Below, in pieces: positions 12,000-22,718 of a stretch of 60,000 bases of DNA. This DNA comes from Lytechinus pictus (lineage: Eukaryota): assembly GCF_037042905.1 (NCBI RefSeq), contig NC_087252.1, positions 26,600,001 to 26,660,000 on the forward strand, given 5' to 3'. A program made the position numbers and the translations under genes. Every line of letters begins with the position of its first letter. Position 1 is the stretch's first letter. The notes below the pieces were generated by a model that saw only the letters and a list, made by a program, of their open reading frames with translations, was not told the origin of the DNA and did not search any database.

Positions 12000-13500
12000 A
12001 CCACACCTGGATATAGCGAACCAGTCGGCCATTGATCACATATCGAACCGACGAGAAAAGACCTGGGTGCTTTTATTCTTTTTATTTTGTTTATTTCTTT
12101 CATTCGTTCGAGACATACACACAGCGTGGAGTTGCAACAGATAGAGAGAGCGCGGGAGAGAAAAATAGGCAATTTTACCGGGGCAATATAATCACCATTC
12201 ATTATAGCTCACAACAAAAAGGTCCCCGGTTGAACTCTTTCGCTTGCCACTGCAAAACACCATGGCACGATGCTTGTGATGTCACTCAGATCCACCGTGA
12301 TTGGTCGAATGAACTCATTAGTATGCTAAAGAGGCGGAGTCTCTATGTTGGCTAATCAGAATATCGCTTCGCCCATTGGCTACTTAGCTCATTGTAGTAA
12401 AATTACCTGCGAGGATTTCGGCGTGCGCAGACACTAGGCAACACATTCTATTTTTACTCGACCAATGTAAAATACCGCTGCCCTTTACGTAGTACTGATA
12501 TATATTCTCTTTGTATTGGTTGTGGTATAATTACCAGGGAGTATGAAATGACACTCAACATAGTGAAGCTAGGGTTTTAAGACAAGAAAGCATGTCACAA
12601 AAAATTGCAGTGAAATGCAAAGGAATTCCACTGGAAAAGCGAATAAGCGATTGTCTTTACACTACTCTGCGGGAGGGTAATTTATTCATGACGGCGGGAT
12701 TTAAAGGACACGACAATAATAAGTAGTTATGCAAATCATGTTTGTGTCGCAACTGAACATGAATAATCATGATGAAATATATCAAGAATCCACCAATGAC
12801 AGTAGTGATGAATATTCATTAGAAAATTTTGACCAATCACAACACACTAAGCCGAAACCTTCGCTCTCATTCACCATTTTTAGAGTAAGGGGTCTGTGGA
12901 GAACTCACAGTATTGAATCACAGATTACGTTGGATTTCCTCACTTTTTCGAGCCCGAATTCTTCCGAAAAGGTAATGTAACGTAAGAATAATATATAAAG
13001 ATTCATAGCTTATTGATAGAATTTTAAATTTGTTTTATTAAGATGAAGTTTAAGCTGTTTGTTTGCAAGTATGTTGGTGTAGTGCAGTGTTCGATAGTTA
13101 CTACGCCGGTACTCACGTATTGCTCGCGTGTACAATTCACCGCCCAGCTGATAGGTCGGCGAGCTGATACTGCGTATAAATCGTATTCGTAGGCTAGTGC
13201 ACTGCCGTAGTAGTACGCTGCCGATCGATGAGATCTGCACTGACACTGCAGAATTGCACACAGTTCAATGCAATGGGCCTATGCCTGGCTATGTGGAAAG
13301 TATTTTTACAGTATGAAAATTATGAAGATGATTTGAGTTTTACTAGAATTACAATTCCGGTACCGTAGGCGTAGCCTAGGCCCTGTATTAAACTGAAACG
13401 TTAGATGATTTTAGATCACGATTCACTTCCGGTAATCGTAAGTGACAAACCGACTCGAAAGTTGTTTGGATTGGACTGGAGTCTACAAACAGTCTAACTA
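12000..13500 (+). promoter_or_regulatory. CpG-rich promoter / first-exon region, probably the CIC-L promoter
   Basis: Unique, locally CpG-rich DNA. Motifs: TGATGTCA (12277), ATTGG (12300, 12375), GAGGCGGAG (12331), GCGTGCGCA (12421), CTAGGCAAC (~12434), CCAAT (12462), ETS-type CACTTCCGGT (~13424). Candidate donors at 12677, 12972 and 13438. TSS not determinable. Confidence 0.6.
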
Positions 13501-13956
13501 AGTTGATAGCGACCTTAAAAAAAAAATTATTGATCGATGTTGATTAATTTTAATTCCCCTTTACATGTAAATGAAACGTAATTTTGCAGGTGAATACTTT
13601 TAAAGTTGATGAAGAGTTGATCTAGGCCTTGCCGCCTTGGTCTTTATTTGTCAAACATAGACTATAGTAGTAACGCTAATAATTCAGATCCGAAAAATGG
13701 GCCCCTCTCTTGTCGTTATTAGCATGCAATTTGTTAACCCCCTTTTCACGTGTGAGTGCTTTATATTAAAAATTTATTCCATGGGAGTGGAAAGCTGTCG
13801 TCTCACTGACGAAATCAACAGCAGCGAAACGGTCAGGAAACAGTGTACGAAAATGTTTAGCTATTGAACAAGAAACAAATAAACTGGAGAGTCAGAAAAA
13901 GTGGTGAATATACATATAGATTCGCTGTATACGGCACAAACAGCACTGTTGTGAAT

Positions 13957-14246
13957 TAGTCTGCAAGCACAGACTAATATTTGACACTTAAACCAACAAT
14001 ACCATGTCTAGAGAGAAGACTAGATTCCAAACTCTTTTTGTGTCTGGTACAGTACATAATGAATCTAGTCTCCCTACTTCAGACTCTGTATTATGCAACT
14101 ATGCAAATTGTGAAAAATTGTGCAAATTGTGCAATTTGTGAAAAACTGTCTGGTACAGTACATAATGAATCTAGTCTCACTACTTCAGACTCTGTATTAT
14201 GCAACTATGCAAATTGTGAAAAACGAGCGTCTGTGCCTCCAGACTA
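13957..14246. mobile_element. TAGTCT...AGACTA element (AcademH-like) with internal tandem duplication
   Basis: 18-bp TIRs with 2 mismatches; 9-bp flanks gttgtgaat/ggtgtgaac; internal ~77-bp duplicate at 14041-14117 and 14147-14223. Confidence 0.7.
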
Positions 14247-16307
14247 GGTGTGAACGGGTGTGATTGTGTAAAAATTTCAAGCGCATTAATTCTAGGTCTG
14301 CACCGAAAGAGGGTTCAAGCGATTATCAGTACAGCTCATAAAAAGTTAAGCCAAAACCAATTTTAAATTTAAAACATGATTTTTATGTAAGAATGAGTGA
14401 CCCATTTTTATTATATATACTTATTTTCAATTTATGACTTTATTCTTACTATCGAATACAGTTCTTACATGTTTTAGGTGTTTAGCATGATAGAAGCTGA
14501 TCGCTCAAGCGTCAACATACTTCAATTGATTGATTTGGTGCACAATACTACTACTACCCACTTTGGTTTTTATTTGTTCTTAGGGAATGTGTAGGCCTTT
14601 TGAGTAATCTAGAACATGTTGAAACTTGCTCCTCACAACTGAACTGAAGAAATCTTTCAAAAAGTATATATGTATTGAACACTACTCACTATTTATTGTC
14701 CACAGAATGACTGACCACCCTTTCACATGGTAAAAAAAAATCACAATTTAAATAATGATTCCAGTAAAAAATAAGGCTAATGACGAATATTTAGCATGTG
14801 TCATTGTGAAACCAAACTAGAACATAATTAGAATCAAGAACGCTAATCACAGTCACGATTACAATCGTAATCATTATTAAAATGATGATTCAAGATTCAC
14901 GTGTGAAAAGGCCCTGACTATCTTGTGAAGTTCTAACATTAGGACTTTAGGGATACTCGTACTGTTGCAAAATTTGATCAGCTTTTATATCGAAGGCATG
15001 GGTTATAAATGTTTGAGAACAAAGCTAAAAAACAGTGAATTTAAATAAACTATCACTTTTCAACAATTATTCTCATGAAGGCTAGGAATGGCATTTCACT
15101 ATGATTTAATGACTACCTTCCTAATTAAAAAGTAATTCATTGATTTTATACAATTATACAAATATGTGGTAACCCTCAGCAACAGCTAATAATAATAAAT
15201 TGCATTTTTGTAAATGGCAAAATATATGTGTGATATGGTGGGTAGGGCCTAGAGTGTGCATTAAAAATATAGTGGTATTATAGATTTCATAATTTTGATT
15301 CCATTTGTAATGCAACCCATTTTTGTATAAAAATAATAATGTAAATGAAATTAAAGTGGTGCTATGTTTACATTCTTACTGTACCTCAGACAATATTAAG
15401 ACTTTCAGGAAAATCCCATTCTTGTATCGAGTACAATATTGGACTTCACAGATCCCGTGAAAAATTGTTATGGAACTCACATAGACCTGTTGAATCTACC
15501 AGAAGCTCATATAATTTTGCTTTCTCAAGTGCTTTCATCAGACAAATAAACTAAAATACATAATGGTCCATCGGTTTTTCCCCTATAACAACACAACAGC
15601 AGTGTCTGCATTTAAAACCTTGTCATCCAGCCATGGATGGTAGTATTTTGGGAAGTGTTATTTCTTTGTTTTGGGCAACTATCTCCAACAGGATTTGCCA
15701 ATAATAAAGCAGCTTGGGTCATTAGCAGGTCACTCGTGATAAGTTCACACTGGAAACATCACACATAATGACAACATAGTCAACATTTATCCATGTTCAC
15801 ACAAGTCACCCATCCAGCCAAAGTAGTAGTATGAACTGGTTTAGATCCCTGTTTTTGTCTTGCCTTTGCTTAGGTCCGGATCTCCCAGTTTTGATTTTGG
15901 GTAGTTCCAGTCAGAATGAGGCTTGTCCCCACTATTACATGTACTATAAATGTATGGCTCAAGTCACTGGGGTAGAGAGATTTTCATGTCCAAGAAAGAA
16001 ATATTAAAAAAAAGCAAAAGAAAGAGAAGGAAAGGCAAAAAAAAATATAAAAAGTAAAATTTTCTTTGTACATAGTACAAATAAGATTTAAGTTAAAAAA
16101 TCAAAATTTTTGTTGGCTTGCTTCTCTCACTCACAGATTTTTAGAACTAATTAATGCCTCATTCGTTAACGCTATGTCGTGCTCCTTAAATTTTCGGCTA
16201 TAATTGAGCTACTGGCTCTTGACTATAGGTTCCATTAGAATAGAGAAATAGTGCTGTGGCATCATAGTCGTGGCGCTCATTTTGTTCAAAGTGTTGTGTG
16301 TTCAAGT

Positions 16308-16834
16308 CCCGGGTGGCCAGTCAAATATTGCTGTCCACATGGGTGACCAAAAAAAAAGCACATTTAAACAGGTGTTTTTTCAGTTTTGGATGCAGGCCGC
16401 GCATGCACTCGTTAAGGGTATCAAAAACATTGATTTTCAAAAAAAAGTTTAAAAAAAAAGACTGGTCAATGGTCAGTAGCGGGGTCAAATGTATAAGGGT
16501 ATGTTTTTTATTTCCAAGACTAGGGAACTAACGTGTTAGGGTATGTGTTTTCCCCCGGGGCTTTGTGGTATTTTAACCCTAACTGAACTGGGGGCATGCA
16601 ATGCCCATTGTTTTTGTCTATTTATTAAAACTTATTATTATCATGGAGTAAAACTTGTTTAGGGGTCATTCTTGTGACAACTTGTTCAGGGGCCAAAATG
16701 TGTGAATAAAGCCTGCAAAATACTTGTTAAGGGGTTATTTCTCACATGCAATGAAAAACTTGTTTAGGGGGTGTTTGAAAATAATTTGGTCACGCATGTG
16801 AACAGCAATATACATGTATTTAACTGGCCCTCCC
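16308..16834. mobile_element. CCCGG-ended TIR MITE
   Basis: cccgggtggccagtcaaatattgctgtccacatgggtgaccaa and its inverse at 16787-16834; internal tttagggg repeats. Confidence 0.75.
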
Positions 16835-16903
16835 AAGTCCCTCTGCAGCACTTGTGTCCATTGGCAAGACGATCTCTCTCCACTTTTACCACTCTTCATC
16901 CTG

Positions 16904-17272
16904 GTGGGTGTTTCATAAAGCTTTACGTATGATACAAATGACTTTACGCATGACTGGTGATCCTTTCTTGTGCTATGTGATATCCCTATGTAATTGAGTT
17001 ATGACCTAAGAACATGTTCCAGTCGTGCGTAAAGTTGTGCGTAACTTTACGAACAGCTTTATGAAACGGCCCCCTGGTGGATGTGTCATAAAGCTGTTGA
17101 ATAGGAAGTTGAGAGCTACTTTAAGAACAACTGGTTAACCTTTCTTACGCGCTACATAATCACCAATGAACATTTTGGTGTTTACCATTTACCACAAGAA
17201 AGGATCACCAGTTGTTCTTAAAGTCGCTCTTAACTTTAATAAACATATGAACAACTTTTTATGAACGGCCCC
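16904..17272. mobile_element. Two tandem Harbinger-like MITEs sharing CTG target sites
   Basis: ctg-[16904-17073]-ctg-[17077-17272]-ctg; TIR gtgggtgtttcataaagc / gctttatgaaacggcccc. Confidence 0.85.
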
Positions 17273-18298
17273 CTGGTTAACGCCCTGGTACCCATTATGC
17301 AATAGCCAAAGTACAGGATGCCTTTGAGTTTGGGAACTATTGCAGGAATACTTCTCAGGGAGTGGAGAAAGGGTATTGTGTCCAGGCAAACGAGCACCCG
17401 GAGGTAGTCTGTTGTGCAAACCCTTTTACTTGAGTTTAAGGGTTCTGAAATTGAAACATAAAATTTAAACTGTGCTAGTCCATTGCGAAGGCTCAATTGT
17501 TGATCAAATTTTCAATCAGGGTCTGTGCCTGCAGTCTAACAGCCTGGAGAGATTTCTCCACATTGTACAGATCAACAGCAGGATGTAATACATAAAATAT
17601 GTTTCATTAAAAAAAAAGGGTCTGCAACATGGAAGTAGTCTGTTTCTGTTTTGATTGTGAAAAGTGGCATCATGATGGCATCATAATGAGATAAATACAT
17701 GGATCAGTTGATACTTGATTTTCAGTCAGAATAAATTGTATCTTGTAAAGTATGTGCTCTCATCGAATCATTAATTTGTTGCTTCAAGATCCTGTGATTG
17801 CAAGTTCAGGTTTCTTAACTTGTAGGCTAGAAGTGTATGGCAAGCTACGAAATGCTGCAATTGGATTGACTATGATTCTCATATTCAATCCAAATATTTC
17901 AAAGCAAAGATATATTGCTCTATACTTGTACTACAGTATAGAGTAGGACAGAGCCATAAACACAAATTGAAAAAAAAAATTATCTGATGACATCATTACA
18001 GAAATAAAAGAACTTCAAACTTTTCAAGGTTTTTATGATAGACATCATAATTACTGATTTAAGATCAGGAAGCTATCTATACATTCATTGTTACTCACAA
18101 TCCTGCAATATAAAATAATAGATAAATTATGATTTTTCAATAAAGTACAGCTACTTGGCCTGAGTCAATTTTCCAGTTTAGGTAAAAATGATGGGCAATG
18201 CAGAAAGTGCAATGCATAGCAATGCCAATACCATTCTGTTCTAAAGTTGATCTGTAAAATCTTTAATTTTATACATTTACCTGTTCATAATAGTCCGG

Positions 18299-18472
18299 GT
18301 GGGTGTTTCATAAAGCTGAACTTCGTAAGTTAAGAGCGACTTTAAGAACAACTGGTGAACCTTTCTTACGCACGTAACCATCGCCAATGAAAATACCATT
18401 TACCACAATAAAGGATCACCAGTCGTTCTTAAAGTCGCTCTTAACTTACGAACAGCTCTATGAAACGGCCCC
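18299..18472. mobile_element. Harbinger-like MITE
   Basis: Same subfamily as 17077-17272; flanks cgg/cag. Confidence 0.85.
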
Positions 18473-18904
18473 CAGTTCATGCTTTGTATGACACAACTAC
18501 GGTTCTCTTTTTTTATGAAGTGAAGACTTTTTATACAGCCCCCAAAATATCAAACAAATCCGCAAAACAAATAAAACACCATACAATGAGTAACAATACT
18601 TTGTTCTAGTGTAAAAATGAAGTGTACGTGTATACGGTATAAGAATGTTTTAAAGGTGTTTTTAACACTTCATGTAGCTTTCAGAATGCCTCTTCTGCTT
18701 CTGGATAGATAATATAAATATTGGTGATGTTTGCCAACATGAACTTTTTGTTCTTGGTTTCGTGATAACGATGTGGTTGTGTGGGTTGTGTGTCGCAATA
18801 TTGAATGGATGTTTAATAGTCCAGGGCTCTTTGCATGTAAGCCTGTGGAAGTGAGTCATATACAGTACACCCACCATCAGTTGACCATATTACTGAAAGG
18901 AAAG

Positions 18905-19142
18905 AAAGAGAGAGAGAGAGACAGAAAGAGAGAGCGAGGGAGATAATTTAGAGGGTGTGTGTACTAAAGAGACAAGGACAGAGAGAGTGAGCGAGACAAA
19001 TCTCGAGGTGTGAACAAAGAGATAACTGACAAATATAGATAGAGAGAGAGAATGATAGATTTAGAGATATGTACATGTATGTATTAAAGAGAGAGAGACA
19101 AAGAGACAGGGAGACAGAAAGAGAGAGAAGGGGGGGGGGGGA
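18905..19142. repeat. Degenerate (GA)n purine tract
   Basis: Direct reading. Confidence 0.85.
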
Positions 19143-19332
19143 GAAAACAACTTCCACGCTTAATAGGGTAATGAGTGTAGATTGTTTGGCAATTGGGATA
19201 AAGAATTAAAGAAGAATCTGACACTTTTGATTCTATTAAAAGTCAAAATTTGTCAATTTGTTGTTTGCATAAATTTGCCCTGTATGGTTTATGACAGAGG
19301 GCATTTGGTAAACCTTAACCCCAGGACTCCAG

Positions 19333-19496
19333 GGCCCCATAGCACAAAAGGTACTATTATGGTAACTTTGCCATCCAATGGTAAGTACAAAGTACCATGG
19401 TAACACTGATCACCAACCAATCAAAATCAAGTATTCCAGACAAGTTACCATTTGATGCCAAAGTTACCATAATGGTAACTTTTATGCATCGGGTCC
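19333..19496. mobile_element. Harbinger-like MITE ~55 bp upstream of the CIC-L acceptor
   Basis: cag-ggccccatagcacaaaaggtac...gtaacttttatgcatcgggtcc-cag; internal atggtaac repeats. Confidence 0.7.
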
Positions 19497-19562
19497 CAGG
19501 ACTGAGCAAATGACCTTCTACATTATTTTTCTTTTGTGTGTAATTTTCTTACAGATCACAAG

Positions 19563-21273
19563 ATGAATGGGAAGAAAGACAGAAGCAGGCGGAACAAAAA
19601 ATCAGAATCCCCAGCGACCCCGGCAACCCCAGACTCCAACCCAGGAAGGACCAGAAGAACAAAGCTCTCCAAAGACGAAGATGCAACAGATGACTTTGTG
19701 AGGCACAAAAAGTTACGGAACGCCAGCAGGAATGGAAGCAGAATGGCAGTGTCCAGTGACTCGGGGACCAGTGAACCGTCATCGTCAGGAGCAAGTACAC
19801 CAAGGCCTGGTTCCCTTGAAATCCCTATGAGAGAGACAAGTACAGAATCATCTCCTGTAGGGGAGGTCCAAGAACTGCCAAAAGGGAAAGGAGAAGTGGT
19901 ATCAAAGAGGTTGGTTGTTAATAGTGATATTGTAAGTGCCAGGACTACAGAATCACGGCAAATGGTGCAAACGGTTACTGAAGTTAAGAGCATGGCTGAA
20001 GTGGTCCAGGATAGTGAAGATGATGAAGAAACGGACAGCGCCCTCTCTGGGGATGATGAAGCCATGCAGTCAGAGTCAATGAATGAGCCAGTATCTGCCT
20101 TGACTCCTGTCAGGACTGGTGTGAAGAGGCCGGGAGAGTTCCCAGAGTCTGCTACACCCCAGAAGAAGCTAGCTGTTGATGCCAAAGAATTGGAAGGCCA
20201 GAGGGTACTGGCGAGAAGGGGTGAAGCATTTTCTCCTGGAATAATCAAACTTGTAAAAAAGAAGAGCATTGGTGTGTTGTTTGAAGGGGACCAGGGCCTT
20301 ACTATGTTCAATGATGTTATGGACTCCGATCAGATTTGTATTGTCAGTGATAAAGTGCCTCCAGTGAACACACTGAGTAATGGGTCCAAAGTATGTGTCC
20401 AGAGAGATGGCAAAGGACAGTATTTTGAGGCCTTTGTCAGGGAAATGAGACCAAACTCCATTTATCAAATTGTTATGGCTTCTCAGTTACGAGAAGGCTC
20501 AAGTAGCAGTTCAGAAGACATGACAGTCCCTCTTTGGAAGCTGAGGATGTTACGACCTCCGTGGCAGAACCCTCCCTCTGGACCTGTTCAAACTCCTGGT
20601 GCAATTGCCAGACAGCTGACGTACAGTCCCTTTGAATCCAAGAATGAATCTATTCCACTGCCTAATCTGCACTTTGACTTGCATAAAGTGACACCTCCAG
20701 AACAGAAGACACTTTCGGATCGACTTGTCCAAGACAGGAATGTCTTCATCCGTGACAGGCACTTGAGTGGTGAAAGGAGAGTTCAGTTGCCTCTGGAGGA
20801 TATTGGGTCAGATGACGAGCTCAAGAACTTTGACAGGCCCCTGGAATTCCGTGGACGACCAACACTTACTCCAGGAACAACTGGTACGTCCACCCCTGGT
20901 TCTCTCTACTCTCCATTTGAGAGCAGCCTGGCTCGATTACCTACCAGCTATTCAAATCGCAAAAGACACATCAGCAGTGCCAGTAACGCATCAACCATCT
21001 CCATTGGTAGCACCCATTCCCTGACTCCTCCACCAAAGTACAAGAAGGGTGAAGTCATCTGCAACGCCAATGGAGTCCGCAAGAAGTTCAACGGTAAGCA
21101 GTGGCGACGACTGTGCTCCAGGGAAGGATGCAACAAGGAGTCCCAGAGACGCGGTTACTGCTCTCGACATCTTTCCATGCAGGGTAAGGACCTGACAGGG
21201 GAAGCATCTTCTGGCCAGGAGCAGGACTGGGACAGTGACTCAAGGTGTTCAAGTGCCAGGACTGTCCGCACAG
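19563..21273 (+). CDS. CIC: Capicua long-isoform (CIC-L) N-terminal coding exon, ~570 aa, phase-1 donor; gene continues beyond the window
   Basis: The 614-aa ORF contains [47 protein letters not shown] (from nt 21036), the hallmark conserved motif of CIC-L. It also has a Tudor-like/DUF4819-type segment GQRVLARR...LRMLRPPW (20196-20564). Polypyrimidine tract plus acceptor ttttcttacAG ends at 19554; in-frame ATG at 19563 has A at -3; donor CAG|GTAAGA follows 21273. The ORF tail after the donor reads as intron. Confidence 0.93.
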
Positions 21274-22310
21274 GTAAGATGGCTGATTATCAATATACAA
21301 TCCTGCACCTAATTTGCACCTCACAAAAAATCCCTGAAAAATCACAAGCAAATCATCCCATGCATGGAATATGTGTGTAATGGATTTGTCTGAAATGTTG
21401 CTGTGATTTCTAACTCCCACTGGCTAAAATTTGAAGTCTGTGGCACCTTTGGCTACAGGTTTTTAATAGGCGAGACTAAAGATTTTTTTTTAATATTTGA
21501 AGGGAAAGAGTGTTTGAGGTTTAATGCAGCGCATCAATTTGTTTATTTCAATTATTAATCTCTTAAGAATAGGGGATTCCCTCCTTGTGCTCCTGCACGA
21601 TCATATTTCTTTGGTTTGGCTCACGATTTTTGGTAACTAATATCTTGGTATTTCCGGGTTTTCTTCGTGGATTGATACTTGCACAGAGTATGCAGCAAGT
21701 AATAGAACAAATTACTTTTTAATTTGAAATATGAAAATTACAGCATACTGGTCTTCATGTAGCTGTAATACATAGTTACATACAACATGTATAATACTGT
21801 GCATCTGGCATAAATTATTTCTTTAATGTTCATGAATATATTTTGCCTCTGGCTAATCAGCCTGAGCTTGGTGAGCTGCCTGACAATGATTAGTCTGTTA
21901 TCGTATTGAGTATTTGGATTGAAAAAAAAATCCCTTTAATAAACAAACTTGAAAGTCTTATGATGATCTCAGGGAAAAAGAAAATGGGGGGGGGGGGGGG
22001 GGCGGAGGTTGGGAGTTCAGGGCGATTTCAACCCCCAAAGTAAGTGCGCAAAAGAGAACCAGAAAACCCTTTTCACTGCAATGTTCAATTTTATCCAATA
22101 TGGCAGTTTTAGGCAGTACTGTACCTTGTTTGTGAAAAGTGTTCCACTGAAAAATGAATGTGAGAACTACATGTACATGTATATTATTATTCAAAACAAG
22201 ACATGATCAATTATAGTTCCATGTTCAACTTTAAAACATTTTTGAAATAATTTGTTGGCTTCCAAAGTTTATGAATTTGACTCGACCTACATGGAGCTTC
22301 ATTTTTGCTA

Positions 22311-22718
22311 TTAAAGGTTAATTCCAGTTCTGGTAACGATCTCAAAATGACTTTTTACAGAATCTAATATAATGACCACCCAAGTGTCTGTTTGTATGAA
22401 TAAAAAATATGTGCCAAAGGATTCTGGAAGAAATTGTGTAATTGCTGAGAAATAAGCAAAATAAAGGCGGATTCTGTCACTTCCGTCGGGTCTTTATTCC
22501 AGCAATAATAACACACTGTCCCATGTGTGCCTATCTGTGTTGGTGATCTTCAGTGTGATGTATTTCAGCTTAGATTTTATGATTTCACAAAGTTCAGTTT
22601 ATGCAACTGTACCAGATCTAGATCCACGATGATATAGTCATACTTAACCTTGGTTTTACAGACTTTCTCACAAAATTAGTGTTTTACTGCAACTACCGGT
22701 ACTGTCATTTAGCTTTAA
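22311..22718. mobile_element. Kolobok-like TTAA MITE (family B)
   Basis: ttaa-AGG...GCT-ttaa; reverse-complement homologue at 27227-27650. Confidence 0.75.

Noticed and set aside
19556..20311. 251-aa antisense ORF and other ORFs overlapping the CIC exon
   Set aside because: Shadow frames of a GC-richer coding exon; low-complexity Ser/Leu products.
21274..21380. C-terminal ~35 aa of the 614-aa ORF
   Set aside because: Lies beyond a strong donor site and reads as intron run-through; the first 9 codons (19536-19562) likewise span the acceptor and 5' UTR.
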